A DNA stretch of 64,000 bases. Source: Heptranchias perlo (taxonomy: Eukaryota). The position numbers and the translations under genes are program-made. Under the pieces are notes generated by a model. The model had not been told where the DNA came from, did no database searches, and was given only the letters and a program-made list of their open reading frames with translations. The DNA lies in the NCBI RefSeq assembly GCF_035084215.1, contig NC_090340.1, positions 3,038,001-3,102,000 of the forward strand, in the 5' to 3' direction. The stretch's first letter is position 1. Every line of letters starts with the position of its first letter. Shown piece after piece: positions 1 through 14,414 of the stretch.

Positions 1-169
1 TTGTCCCTTGAATAATATCGTTTTTCACTGTTGTAATGCCTCAGCACTCTTTCAATGACCTCTTGGGTTTCTGTAAGTTATTTTCATTACAGGGATGGGG
101 ACCTTTGTCCTCCGATGTGCATCTGCCCTCTTGCTAAGATGCATGGCACTGTAAGAACAAGTTGATTCT

Positions 170-600
170 ATGCTTGTTTTAAACCTTCTTCTTACAACCA
201 CTAATCAAATTCAATCCAAGGGGCCTGACTGTCACCTGGGTCAAAGTGTCCAGGTAATTCTCTTCCTCCCTGATGCATTGCAATGTCTGCTCCTCGAACT
301 CCAGTTCAACAACGCTGAGTTGAAGTTCCTCGAGTTGCAGACACTTACTGCAGATGCGGTTGCCTGGGATCACGCTTCTCCCCACAAACTCCCACATGTT
401 GCAGTAAGGGCACATCGCCTGCACTGCCATCTCGAGCTCACCTTTATTTTATTTACTTATTTTTAGTTTTTTCAACTAATTAATTTCCTAGTTTCAATCA
501 TTAATTTAATATAGTGTTAGCAAGTTATAGGTTCCTCGTTCCTGGTTTAAACCACTCCCCAACATTAGAGATTAAAAAATGTTTTCCTCACCAAACATTC
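170..600 (-). mobile_element. CR1 LINE ORF1 N-terminal fragment (zinc-finger/coiled-coil), degraded
   Basis: ORF 179..430(-) MAVQAMCPYCNMW...ICSKCLQLEELQLSVVELE has CxxC...CxxC followed by a leucine heptad. It is homologous to the ORF1 start at 37395(+). Confidence 0.65.
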
Positions 601-919
601 AACAACATTCTGTCCTGTGACGTCACCGGGCCCGGGAGTAGTTGCATCAGCCGAATGGGCTCCACTGTAAAATCACACGCTTTTTAATCGCTGTTTAATT
701 ATGCTCGTTCTTCATCTTAGTTGCTTACCTGAATGAATATCCTCGATAATTATTTTCGTTCCTTCGGGTTCTGTCGCTCCTTCATCAGTGCGCTGATTCT
801 GACGTCACTCTTTCAAATTTCTGCCTGTGTTTGAGTTGGTCTCATCTCCCGCTCCTTCTCGTCTCCGGCCTCCGCTGCCGCCGTGCTTTCTATGCTCCCT
901 CACTCAGCAACCGCTCCTC

Positions 920-3775
920 CTGCCATTGGAAACAGTTTCTCCTTATTCACTCTAATAAACCGTTCATGATTCTAAACACCTCTATCAAATCTCCCCTTAA
1001 ACTTTTCTGTTCTGAGGAGAACAACCCCAGCTTCTCCAGTATGGCCACATAATGTAATTTCCCATCATTGGTTCTATTCTAATAAATCACTTCTATGCCC
1101 TTTCTAAGGCCTTGACATCCTTCCTAAAGTATGGTACCCAGAATTGAACACGATACTCTAGCTGAGGCCTAACAAGTGTTCCATAAAGGATTAGCATAAC
1201 TTCCTTACTTTTGTATTCGATGCCTCTATTAATAAAGCCCAGGATGCCATATGTTTTTCTATGAGCTTTCTCAACGTGTCCTCTCACCTTCAAAGTTTTG
1301 CGTATGTGCACTCCCAGGGCTCACAGTTACTGCATCCCATTTAAAATTACACCTTTTAGTTCATATTGCCTCTCCTCATTCTTCCTACCAAAATGCATCG
1401 CTTCACTATTCTATGCATTACATTTCATCTGCCGTATGTCTACCCATTTCACCAGTTTTTTGATACCCACCTGAAGTCTGTTACTATCCTTCACATTGTT
1501 TGCTATATTTCCGATTTTTTTTGCCATCTGCAAACTTTGAAATTATACAAGCTATACTCAAGTCCAGGTCAATAATATATATTAAAAGAGCAGTGGCCCT
1601 AAACTGATACCTGGGGAACACCACTATATAATTCCCTCCAATCTGAAAAACAATCGTTCACCACTGCTGTCTGCTTTCTGTCCCGAAGCCAATTTTTTAT
1701 CCACGCTGACACTGTCCCTTTAATTCCAGCGGCTTTAATTTTGCCAACAAGTCTATTATGTGGTATTTTATCAAATGCCTTTTGAAAGTCTATACACAAG
1801 AACAACCGTACTACTCTCATCATCCTCTCCATTACTTCATCAAATAACTCAATCAAGTTTGTCAAAAAGGATTTTGCTTTAACAAATCCGAGCTTACTTT
1901 CATTTATTAGCCCATACTTTTCCAAGTACCAATAAATTTTGTTCCGGATTATTTTCTCGAAAAGTTTCCCATCACCATCGTTAAGTTGACTGGCCTGTAA
2001 TTGTCGGGTTTATACCCCCCTGATTTTTGAATTGGGGTGTAACATTTGCAATTCTCCAGTCCTCCAGCAGCGTCCCCGTATCCAAAGAGGATTGGATAGT
2101 TGTGGACAGAACCTCCTCAATTTCCACTCTTAGTTCCTTCAGTAACCTAGGATGCATCCCATCTGGACCGGTTGACTTTTGCAGTTTGAGCACTGCCAAT
2201 CAATTAAGTATCTCCTCTTTACCTATTCTTATCCTATCAAATATCGCTGCTACCTCCTCCTTTACTGCTGCAATGGCAACATCCTTTTCTCTAGTGAAGA
2301 CGGATGCGAAGTATTCATTTAGTACCTCATCCATGTCCTCTGCCTCCACAAGAATATCTTCTTTCGTCCCTGATAAGTCCGACCCTCCCTTTTATTACCT
2401 TTTTTCTATTTATGTCTTCATGATAGACTTTTGGTTTCCCTTTTATGTTAGCCACTAATCTAGCCTCATCCTCTCTCCTTGCCCCTCATATTCCCTTTCT
2501 TAAATCCCCTCTGTACTTTCTGTATTCAACTTGGTTCTCTACTGTATTATGAACCTTATATTCTTCATAAGCCTCCTTATTTGTTTAATTTTCATCCATA
2601 TATCTTTAGACATCCATGGAGCTCCAGCTTTGGATATCCTTCTTTTCCGCTTTGTAGGTATGTGTCTACTCTTTACCTTAACCATCACCTCCTTGAAGAC
2701 CTCCCATTGTTCAACAACTGTCTGGCATTCCAATTTTTGATTCCAATCCACGTAGGAAAGATCACTTTTTAACTCACTGAAATTTGCCATCCTCCTGTTT
2801 CACATTTGATTGTTCCCTGTCCTTTTTCAGAACTATTCTAAACCTAATGATATTATGATTACTGTTTTCCAAATGCTCCCCCACTGAAACAAGCTCCACC
2901 TGCTCCACTTCATTCTCCAGATCTAGATCCAGCACTGTTTCCTTCCTGGTTCGGCTGGAAACACGTTCGAGAAAGTTCTCTTGAACACCTTCAGGAATTC
3001 CTCCCACTCTTTGCCCTTTACACTGTTACTGCCCTAGTCTATATTGGGATAATTGATGTCCCCCCATAATCACTATTCTATAGTTCTTGCATCTACCTAT
3101 AATTGCTTTCAATTTTTTTAATCTACACTAATTGGTGGCCTATAATATGCATCCAGTAATAGCTTCGCTATTTTTGCTTAATTCTAACCAAACAGATTCT
3201 GCCTTTGACCCCTCAACTACATCGTCTTTTTCCATTGCTATAATTGTTTCTTTGATTAATAGTGCCACGCCTACCACTGCCTTTCTTCCCTCCCCTATTT
3301 TTCCTGAATACCTTGCAGCCTGGTATATTAAGTATCTAACCCTCCAGTTCTTTGAGCCAGTTATCTATTACTGACACTACATCAATATCCCATGTGGCGA
3401 CTTGAGCCTGCAACTCACCAACCTTATTTACCACTCTATGTGTGTTTATGCACAAGAATTCTAAACTCATCTTAGATTTCCTCACATTTGTTCTCTGTCT
3501 GATCCCTCCTATTTCTCAAGTATTATTTACTCTGGTACTACATTTCCCTCCCAGTCGTCTGTGCACTTGGTTCTCTCTAATGTTTGATCCTCATGCTCAC
3601 CTCTCTGCCAAATTAGTTTAAAATCTCCCAAACAGCAGTGGTCAACCGTCTCCAGAGGACATACGTCCCACCTTTGTTGAGGTGTCACCCATCGATTTTG
3701 AACAGATACCTCCTGCCTCAGCACTGGTCCCAATGCCCCAGGAATCTGAAGTTTTCCTCTTGCACCATTGCTACA
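920..3775 (-). mobile_element. CR1 LINE, degraded (ORF1 end, endonuclease and RT fragments)
   Basis: Minus-strand ORF fragments: LVRPQLEY..QFW (1093-1311), DFQKAFDKIPH...SGVPQ (1599-1925), KSTGPDGMHPRLLKE (1981-2199), plus EN fragments at 2539-3007. Many stops and frameshifts. Confidence 0.9.
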
Positions 3776-4826
3776 ATTTGTTATTTGTCAAGCGAGGCGT
3801 TGTAAAAGTTCAGATTTCCAGATTTTACAAATTTTATCGGTAATTTGCAGAATCGCTAGCGCTCTTTACAGCAAATAACAAAATAAACCAGAACTTCTAC
3901 AGATGAATCATGTTAATTCAATAATGAACTCAATTCAGGCATGAGCGCCGGTTTGGTGACTAATGTGCACCATTGACTGGACCCATCTCTGATTCATTGC
4001 TTCACAGCCCTTCTATGACCCGCATAATGTCGGGACTGATGAGGGTTTATTGAGCAAAATATTATATTCACAGTGGATTTTTCAGGGGTTTCTGTTGAAA
4101 TTTTGCCATCGTTACATAGGAGTTGGGAAGAAACGTTGTCGAAATTCAAGGAGAATTAAATGAAACCAACGCCCAAGAACGGCTTTTCGGTGACACTAAT
4201 TAACTATAAGTATTATTATTTACAATTAATAGTAACAATGTTTTATTTTAAGTCTAAGATCATTAATGCATAAGGCAAGTGTTCTTTTGATTAAAAATTG
4301 TAATTTAAGCCAAATGCTAAATTAGCCTTGGGATCTTCTGACCTCCAATTAAATTGAGAATTTATTTATTTTACCTTCTTGCTGAAACGGCCAACGTTGG
4401 AATGTATCATTGTAAAAATAAATTTTCAATGCAATATGTCCAAAGTTTTGGAAGGACCTTGGGAACCTGCTAAAATAATAATGGATAGAATTCACGCGGG
4501 GTTTCCGCCGAAATTCCCCCCGAATTAACTGTGGGATATGATGGGACAAAATCATCAAATTGCGATCCCATTTTCATGTTGGGATTAGCGACTGTGAGGG
4601 CAGTTTCAATTTTTGGCGAACGTGTACACTTTAAAACTTTTGCTAAAATACAGAGCATGAAGTGTTAGACACACTGGCAAATGTGAGGCAAATGCGATAT
4701 ATCTACAACTCAATTTTACTCCAATAGCTTATTTAGTGTCCAGAAGATCAGACCAACTTTTTACACCCAGACTCATGTCTGAGCGGACTGATTCTCCAAG
4801 TCGAGGACATCTCACACTGACACTAC

Positions 4827-7800
4827 AGAAGAACATAAGAACATAAGAAATAGGAGCAGGAGTAGGCCAATCGGACCCTCGAGCCTGCTCCGCCATTCAA
4901 TAAGATCATGGCTGATCTGATACCAACCACAAATCTAAAGAACACAAGAAATAGGAGCAGGACCCGGCCACTCAGCCCCTGGGCCCTCTCCGCTACCCAC
5001 AGGGCATTGACCGATCCGAACTCAGCTTCATGTCCAATTTCCTGCCCGCTCCCCACAACCCCTAATTCCCTTTATTTCTAGAAAACTGTCTATTTCTGTT
5101 TTAAATTTATCTAATGATGTAGCTTCCACAGTTTCCTGGGGCAGCAAATTCCACAGACCTACCACCCTCTGAGTGAAGAAGTTTCTCCTCATCTCAGTTT
5201 TGAAAGAGCAGCCCCTTATTCTAAGATTATGCCCCCTAGTTCAAGTTTCACCCATCTTTGGGAACATCCTTACTGCATCTACCGGATCAAGCCCCTTCAC
5301 AATCTTATATGTTTCAATAAGATCGCCTCTCATCCTTCTGAACTCCAATGAGTAGAGTCCCAATCTACTCAACCTCTCCTCATATGTCCAACCCCTCATC
5401 CCCGGGATTAACCCGAGTGAACCTTCATTGTACTGACTCGAGAGCAAGTATGTCTTTTCTTAAGTATGGAGACCAAAACTGTATGCAGTATTCCAGGTGC
5501 GGTCTCACCAATACCTAATATAACTGCAGCAATACCGACCTGTTTTTATATTCTATCCCCCTAGCAATAAAAGCCAACATTCCGTTGGCTTTCTTGATCA
5601 CCTGCTGCACCTGCATACCAACTTTTTGATTTTCTTGCACTAGGACCCCCAGATCCCTTTGTACTGCAGTACTTTCCAGTCTCTCGCCATTAAGAAAATA
5701 ACTTGCTCTCTGATTTTTCCCGCCAAAGTGCATAACCTCACATTTTCCAATATTATATTGCATCTGCCAAATCTCCGCCCAATCACCCAGCCTGTCTATA
5801 TCCCCTTGCAGGTTTTTTATGTCCTCCTCACTCTCTACTTTCCCTCCCATCTTTGTATCATCTGGAAATTTTGATATGTTGCACTCGGTCCCCCCCTCCA
5901 AATCGTTAATATAGATTGTAAAGAGTTGGGGACCCAGCAACGACCCCTGTGGAACACGACTGGTTACTGGTTGTCAGTCCGAGAATGAACCATTTATCCC
6001 AACTCTCTGCTTCCTGTTCGATAACCAATCCTCCACCCATGCCAGAATATTACCCCCAATCCCGTGATTTTTTATCTTAAGTAATAATCTTTTATGTGGC
6101 ACCTTCTCGAATGCCTTCTGGAAGTCTAAATACACTACGTCCACTGGTTCCCCTTTATCCACCCTGTACGTTATATCCTCAAAGAACTCAAGCAAATTTG
6201 TCAGACATGACTTCCCCTTCATAAAGCCATGCTGACTTTGTCCTATTAAATTTTGCTTATCTAAATGTTCCGTTACTGTCTCCTTAATAATAGACTCCAA
6301 AATTTTACCCACCACAGATGTTAGGCTAACTGGCCTATAATTTCCAGCCTTCTGCCTACTACCCTTTTTAAACAACGGTGTTACATTAGCAGTTTTCCAT
6401 TCTGCCGGGACCTCTCCTGATTCCAGGGAATTTTGGAAAACTATCAACAAAGCATCCACAATCCCTACTGCCACTTCCCTCAAGACCCTAGGATGTAAGC
6501 CATCAGGTCCAGGGGATTTATCCGCTTTGAGTCCCATTATTTTACTGAGTACGATCTCCTGAGTGATTTTAATCGTATTTAGCTCCTCCCCCACTGGAGT
6601 CCCCTGTTTGTCCAGTGTTGTGATATTCTTAGTGTCCTCTACGGTAAAGACTGAAGCAAAATATTTGTTCAGCATTTTTGCCATCTCCATGTTTCCCACC
6701 ATTAATTTCCCGGTCTCATCCTCTAAGGGACCGACGTTTGCCTTAGCGACCCTTTTTCTTTTTATATAACTATAGAAACCCTTGCTATCTGTTTTTATAT
6801 TTTTTGCTAATTTCTTTTCATAATCTAACTTCCCTTTCTTAATCAATCCTTTAGTTACTTTTTGCTGTCTTTTGAAGACTTCCCAATCTTCTATCCTCCC
6901 ACTAAGTTTGGCTACCTTATATGTCCTTGTTTTTAGTCGGATACTATCCTTGATTTCTTTACTTAGCCACGGATGGCTGTCATTTCTTTTACACCCTTTT
7001 TTCCTCAGTGGAATATATTTATTTTGAAAGTTGTAAAATAATCCCTAAATGAACACCACTGCTCATGTACCATCTTACCCTTTAATCTATTTTCCCAGTC
7101 CACTTTAACCAATTCCGCTCTCATACCATCATAGTCTCCTTTATTCAAGCTCAGTACGCTTATTTGAGAAGCAACCTTCTCACTCTCTAATTGGATATGG
7201 AATTCAACCATGTTGTGGTCGCTCGTTCCAATGGGATCCTTAACTAGGACATTATTAATTAATCCTGACTCATTTCACAGGACCAGGTCCAAGGTTGCCT
7301 GCCCCCTTGTAGGATCAGTTACATACTACTCAATAAATCCATCCCTGATGCACTCAATGAACTCTTCCTCAAGGCTGCTCTGCCCAATTTGATTTGTCCA
7401 GTTAATATGATAGTTAAAATCCCCCATAATTATAGCTGTTCCCTTATTACATGCCCCGACTATTTCCTGATTAATACTTCTTCCAGCAGAGTTGCAACTA
7501 TTAGGAGGCCTATATACTACGCCCACGAGTGTTCTTTTCCCCTTATTATTCCTTATCTGTTTCATTATCTTGATGATTTGTCCCAATATCATTTATCTGT
7601 ATTACAGTGATTCCTTCCTTTATTAACATAGCCACCCCACCTCCCCTTCCTTCCTGCCTGTCCTTCCTGATTGTTAAATATCCTGGCATATTTAATTCCC
7701 AGTCGTTGTCACCCTGCAGCCATGTTTATGTAATGGCCACAAGATCATACCCATACGTAGTTATTTGTGCCGTTAACTCGTCCATTTTGTTACGAATTCT

Positions 7801-7967
7801 ACGTGCATTCAGATAAAGAACTTTCAAATCTGTTTTGTGACGCTTAGTTCCTGCTTTTTCCTTTTTTAACACTTTACCTATTACTCCATACCTTCTGTCC
7901 CTTCCTGTTGCGCTTTCCTCTGTCTCCCTGCTCAGGTTTCCAACCCCCTGCCACTTTAGTTTAAACC
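4827..7967 (-). mobile_element. CR1 LINE, 5'-truncated at the ORF1 stop; ORF2 complete in extent but disrupted
   Basis: (AAGAACAT)n tail at 4827-4850; RT ORFs 5515-5940 and 5974-6846; EN fragments 7005-7816. Nearly identical to the copy at 10256-14157. Confidence 0.95.
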
Positions 7968-8079
7968 TGTTTGTTTACTGTGAGTTCTCGAGTCAATTCG
8001 GACATTGAGTGACGAGTTATACTGCCAATTTATCACTGAATCTAATGTAATTGTAGCCGTAGAGTTTATAACCAAATGA

Positions 8080-8450
8080 CATAGAAACATAGAAATATGG
8101 AAAATAGGAGCAGGAGTAGGCCATTCGGCCCTTCGAGCCTGCTCGGCCATTCAATTTGATCATGGCTGATCCTCTAACTCAATACCACATTTCCGCTCTC
8201 TCCTCATACCCCTTGATGCCTTTTGTGTCTCGAAATCTATCTAGCTTCTTCTTAAATATATTCAGTGATTTGGCCTCCACAGCCTTCTGTGGCAGAGAAT
8301 TCCACATGTTCACCACCCTCTGAGTGAAAAAAAAATCTCCTCATCTCAGTCCTAAACGTCCTTCCACGTATCCTGAGACTGTGACCCGTCGTTCTGGACC
8401 CCCACCCCCCCCCCCCCCACCAGCCAGCGAAAACATCATCCCTGCATCCC
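8080..8450 (-). mobile_element. CR1 3' end fragment
   Basis: (ATAGAAAC)n tail, the GGAGCAGGAGTAGGCC 3' hairpin motif, and ORF2 C-terminal GHSLRIRGRTFRTEMRR. Confidence 0.85.
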
Positions 8451-9300
8451 TGTATCAGACATATATCCATAGTCCACGAAATGCACTCAAATTTATAAAA
8501 GCACCCAAAATATAAATTTGAAAGGCTATACAGTTATTACATCTGCTGTCCAATTACCTTCTCTCCCATAATTGAATCGTGCTTGCAAACTTTAGCTACA
8601 TCCCCCAATCAATGAGACGTCCTCGCTCTAAAATGCGTTTGTTACACGAAGTAGCCCGATAGATTGGACCTTTGGGACTCAGGCGATCCCCTACAGGTCA
8701 ATAATGGACCCATTAAACAGATGGTGAAGATACGATTAGTTCTAAAAACATTGAACACATTCATTTGTTATGAATGTAGCCTGTTAGTTCCTGCTATCGT
8801 TTCTGCTCAGAGCGATACCATCAGGTCTTATCGTAAAGCTCATGCATTTCTTCAATCCGCAACCAAATAGTCATGTGATATCTGACAACACAGATAAGTT
8901 TGAGATTATATTAGATACGCAGCCGCCCATTCCCCAAATCTTCATCAATCCCGTTCTCATTCACAACGGATCATCTACCGTATTTTCATTGCCCAGTATG
9001 TTTACGAGTGGGCCACTTTGGCGCATGTGTTTCCTGGGCATTTTGTATCGAGGTAAACTTTTATTTTTATTGTTATTTATTGACTGTTGCTGAGCATGAA
9101 ACAACATATGAAGCCGGTCTTATAGTTGATGTGCAATCGGTTATTTCTTTTGGCTGGTTTAATTTGATATACTTTTTATCATGTCATGTGTTCCTTGCCG
9201 CAGGGGAAAAACTGGATGAGGATGTGGAAACACATTTAGGATCTGTAGAATATTTGTGATAGTTAATTAATTACGATTGTTTCAACGGACTGGACAAGCG

Positions 9301-9633
9301 ATGCTATTTTGGTGGTGCAGATCATTTTTTCTTTTATTGATAATTGCTGTGAACACTTCGGGCAAGGTAACTGCGGGCATTGTACAAAAGAAGGTGCGCA
9401 GAGTTACAAACCTTAACTAGCAATGCCATTTCCTCTTTGATCTCGATTGTTCAAACGTAATCGTTTACAGGCTCCTGCAAGAAGATATCAGAACATAGTT
9501 TCAAGTAAAGAAAGGTGGCGCCAACCTTTACCTCCTGAATGTGACTGTCGTGGACTCCGGAAGTGATCAGTGAGAAGCTAAAGATCAGCATCGAACGGTT
9601 GGAAAAGGTTATTTGTAAAAGTTGTTGCATGTG
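9301..9633 (+). pseudogene. Ig-superfamily gene A: leader + V(J)-type exon, pseudogenised
   Basis: One frame from ATG 9301 reads MLFWWCRSFFLLLIIAVNTSGKVTAGIVQKKVRRVTNLN*QCHFLFDLDCSNVIVYRLLQEDIRT*FQVKKGGANLYLLNVTVVDSGSDQ*EAKDQHRTVGKG. This gives a signal peptide, the B-strand Cys, Trp->Arg (AGG), and an LNVTVVDSG-x-x-x-C motif with Cys->TGA. A J-like GKG follows; after a frameshift it ends FVKVVAC-G|GTTAGT (donor at 9634), mirroring ELIVC-G|GTAAGT of gene B. Confidence 0.75.
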
Positions 9634-10255
9634 GTTAGTGTCACTAGAACCGGAATCGTGAAGAGTTTAGTTGGTATCGATATTCATGCTGCGTTTAACA
9701 AGGAATCCCAACTACGAAATGACCTGTCTATAAAACAGTACAGCTTTCTACATGTTTATAACAATTCATGTTCAAAAATAAGGATGTTTTCCCAGTTTCA
9801 GAGTCTTCACAAAATGTGACAACTGACTGATATCATCAATTGTGTTTTAATCCTATGTTTATCATGGAAAGTGAATTCAAGGCTCGGAACTAAAATGCTT
9901 CTTTGCAATTTTAGCACTAAGTGTCAGGATGAAAACTCGTGGGGTTACATGCAATTTTATACATGTTAAACGAACCAATGTCTTATTTGGAAAGAAGAGG
10001 GTAGAAGAGTAAATTCCCATTCCCATTCCCATGATTTATACGGCACGATTTCATTTTCTGCGATCCAGATATAATTCCTGAACCGCTGTTCGGTGGAGCT
10101 GGCGAGACGCACATTCGACGGTCCTGAAATCCAGACAGAGGTTCCAACTCGCTCCTTTCTGTCCAGAAGAAGGAAATGTTCTCTATGTAACAACAGCACG
10201 CGACCTGAATTATTGCAACAGTTTAATCACAGCATGCCGATTCGAGCACATATAC

Positions 10256-13200
10256 AAGAACATAAGAACATAAGAAATTGGAGCAGGAGTCGGCCAATCG
10301 GCCCCTCGAGCCTGCTCCGCCATTCAATAAGATCATGGCTGATCTGATCCCAACCACAAATCTAAAGAACACAAGAAGTCGGAGCAGGACCCGGCCACAT
10401 AGCCCCTGGGCCCTCTCCGCCACCCACAGGGCATTGACCGATCCGAACTCAGTTTCATGTCCAATTTCCTGCCTGCTCCCCATAACCCCTAATTCCCTTT
10501 ACTTCTAGGAAACTGTCTATTTCTGTTTTAAATTTATCTAATGATGTAGCTTCCACAGCTTCCTGGGGCAGCAAATTCCACAGACCGACCACCCTCTGAG
10601 TGAAGAAGTTTCTCCTCATCTCAGTTTTGAAAGAGCAGCCCCTTATTCTAAGATTATGCCCCCTAGTTCTAGTTTCACCCATCTTTGGGAACATCCTTAC
10701 TGCATCCACCCGATCAAGACCCTTCACAATCTTATATGTTTCAATAAGATCGCCTCTCATTCTTCTGAACTCCAATGAGTAGAGTCCCAATCTACTCAAC
10801 CTCTCCTCATATGTCCGCCCCCTCATCCCCGGGATTAACCGAGTGAACCTTCTTTGTACTGCCTCGAGAGCAAGTATGTCTTTTCTTAAGTATGGAGACC
10901 AAAACTGTATGCAGTATTCCAGGTGCGGTCTCACCAATACCTTATATAACTGCAGCAATACCTCCTTGTTTTTATATTCTATCCCCCTAGCAATAAAAGC
11001 CAACATTCCGTTGGCTTTCTTGATCACCTGCTGCACCTGCATACCAACTTTTTGATTTTCTTGCACTAGGACCCCCAGATCCCTTTGTACTGCAGTACTT
11101 TCCAGTCTCTCGCCATTAAGAAAATAACTTGCTCTCTGATTTTTCCTGCCAAAGTGCATAACCTCACATTTTCCAATATTATATTGCATCTGCCAAATCT
11201 CCGCCCACTCACCCAGCCTGTCTATATCCCCTTGCAGGTTTTTTATGTCCTCCTCACTCTCTACATTCCCTCCCATCTTTGTATCATCTGCAAATTTTGA
11301 TATGTTGCACTCGGTCCCCTCCTCCAAATCGTTAATATAGATTGTAAAGAGTTGGGGACCCAGCACCGACCCCTGTGGAACACCACTGGTTACTGGTTGC
11401 CAGTCCGAAAATGAACCATTTATCCCAACTCTCTGCTTCCTGTTCGATAACCAATCCTCCACCCATGCCAGAATATTACCCCCAATCCCGTGATTTTTTA
11501 TCTTAAGTAATAATCTTTTATGTGGCACCTTGTCGAATGCCTTCTGGAAGTCTAAATACACTATGTCCACTGGTTCCCCTTTATCCACCCTATACGTTAT
11601 ATCCTCGAAGAACTCAAGCAAATTTGTCAGACATGACTTCCCCTTCATAAAGCCATGCTGACTTTGTCCTATTAAATTATGCTTATCTAAATGTTCCGTT
11701 ACTGTCTCCTTAATAATAGACTCCAAAATTTTACCCACCACAGATGTTAAGCTAACTGGCCTATAATTTCCAGCCTTCTGCCTACTACCCTTTTTAAATA
11801 AGGGTGTTACATTAGCAGTTTTCCAATCTGCCGGGACCTCTCCTGAGTCCAGGGAATTTTGGAAAACTATCACCAAAGCATCCACAATCCCTACTGCCAC
11901 TTCCCTCAAGACCCTAGGATGGAAGCCATCAGGTCCAGGGGATTTATCCGCCTTGAGTCCCATTATTTTACTGAGTACCATCTCCTGAGTGATTTTAATC
12001 GTATTTAGCTCCTCCCCCCGAGAGTCCCCTGTTTGTCCAGTGTTGGGATATTCTTAGTGTCCTCTACTGTAAAGACTGAAACAAAATATTTGTTCAGCAT
12101 TTTTGCCATCTCCATGTTTCCCACCATTAATTTCCCGGTCTCATCCTCTAAGGGACCTATGTTTGCCTTAGCCACCCTTTTTTCTTTTTATATAACTATA
12201 GAAACTCTTGCTATCTGTTTTTATATTTTTTGCTAATTTCTTTTCATAATCTAACTTCCCTTTCTTAATCAATCCTTTCGTTACTTTTTGCTGTCTTTTG
12301 AAGAATTCCCAATCTTCTATTCTCCCACTAAGTTTGGCTACCTTATATGTCCTTGTTTTTAGTCGGATACTATCCTTGATTTCTTTACTTAGCCACGGAT
12401 GGCTGTCATTTCTTTTACACCCTTTTTTCCTCAGTGGAATATATTTATTTTGAAAGTTGTAAAATAACTCCCTAAATGAACACCACTGCTCATGTACCGT
12501 CTTACCCTTTAATCTATTTTCCCAGTCCACTTTAATCAATTCCGCTCTCATACCATTATAGTCTCCTTTATTCAAGCTCAGTACGCTTGTTTGAGAATCA
12601 ACCTTCTCACCCTCTAATTGGATATGGAATTCAACCATGTTGTGGTCGCTCGTTCCAAGGGGATCCTTAACTAGGACATTATTAATTAATCCTGACTCAT
12701 TACACAGGACCAGGTCCAAGGTTGCCTGCCCCCTTGTAGGATCAGTTACATACTGCTCAAGAAATCCATCTCTGATGCACTCAATGAACTCGTCCTCAAG
12801 GCTGCTCTGCCCAATTTGATTTGTCCAGTTAATATGATAATTAAAATCCCCCATAATTATGGCTGTTCCCTTATTACATGCCCCGACTATCTCCTGATTA
12901 ATACTTCTTCCAGCAGAGTTGCAACTATTAGGAGGCCTATATACTACGCCCACTAATGTTTTTTTTCCCTTATTATTCCTTATCTCCACCCAAACTGTTT
13001 CATTATCTTGATGCTTTGTCCCAATATCATTTCTCTGTATTACAGTGATTCCTTCCTTTATTAACATAGCCACCCCACCTCCCCTTCCTTCCTGCCTGTC
13101 CTTCCTGATTGTTAAATACCCTGGCATATTTAATTCCCAGTCCTCGTCACCCTGCAGCCATGTTTCTGTAATGGCCACAAGATCATACCTATACGTAGTT

Positions 13201-14157
13201 ATTTGTGCCGTTAACTCGTCCATTTTATTACGAATGCTACGTGCATTCAGATAAAGAACTTTCAAATCTGTTTTGTGACGCTTAGTTCCTGCTTTTTCCT
13301 TTTTTAACACTTTACCTATTACTCCATACCTTCTGTCCCTTCCTGTTACGCTTTCCTCTCTCTCCCTGCTCAGGTTCCCAACCCCCTGCCACTTTAGTTT
13401 AAACCCTCCCCAACAGCACTAGCAAACACTCCTCCTAGGACAGCAGTCCCGGCCCTGCCCAGGTGCAGACCATCCGGTTTGTACTGGTCCCACCTCCCCC
13501 AGAACCGTTTCCAGTGTCCCAGGAATTTGAATCCCTCCCCCTTGCACCATTCCTCTAGCCACGTATTCATTTGAAATATCCTCCTATTTCTACTCTGACT
13601 AGCACGTGGCACTGGCAGCAATCCTGAGATTACTACCTTTGAGGTCCTATTTTTTAATTTACCTCCTAACTCCCTATATTCTGCTTTTAGGACCTCATCC
13701 CCTTTTTTACCTATATCGTTGGTGCCTATGTGCACCACGACAGCTGGCTGTTCGCCCTCCCCCTCCAAAATGTTCTGTAGCCGCTCCGAGACATCCTTGA
13801 TCCTTGCACCAGGGAGGCAACACACCATCCTGGAGTCTCGGTTGCGGCCGCAGAAACGCCTGTCTATTCCCCTTACAATTGAGTCCCCTATCACTATAGC
13901 TCTGCCACTCTTTTTCCTCCCAGCCTGTGCAGCAGAGCTACCCGTGGTGCCAGGAAGTTGGCTGCTGCTGCCTTCCCCTGATAAGTCATCCCCCCCAACA
14001 GCATCCAAAGTGGCATATCTGTTTGAGAGGGGGATGGCCACAGGGGACCCCTGCACTACCTGCCTGCATCTCTTACTCTTCCTGGTGGTCACCCATTCAC
14101 TTCCTGCCTGTCTACCCTTTACCTGCGGTGTGACCAACTCGCTAAACGTGCTATCCA
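10256..14157 (-). mobile_element. Young, near-full-length CR1 LINE: ORF1 (SGNH/GDSL esterase) + ORF2 (APE endonuclease-RT), 5'-truncated within ORF1
   Basis: ORF 13394..14209(-) has IGDSIVR, CLPGA, VHIGTND and DGLHL esterase motifs. ORF 12168..13310 has YLNARS, ITETWL, GDFN and SDHN endonuclease motifs. ORF 10455..11981 has QHGF, DFQKAFD, GVPQGSVLGP and FADD RT motifs. ORF2 is broken by indels near 12015 and 12180. (AAGAACAT)n tail at 10256. Confidence 0.97.
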
Positions 14158-14414
14158 TATGAATAAAAAGAGACGAAATGTTGGAAATAAACATTGTAAA
14201 ATATAACAATGATACACCAGTACTGTGGAAGAGGAAGGTCGGGAAATAATGTCCCTAGATACAGTGAAGAAAAGTTTAGATTAGGCTCCATTCAATATAA
14301 ATAATGATTTCCGCTAAAACTACCATGTCCCGACAGAGGTACTGGTTAATTTTTGAGAACGAAAATTAGCTCGAGAGTAGGTCTTTTCTTTTTGCTCTTT
14401 CTTTCGTTTGGCAG

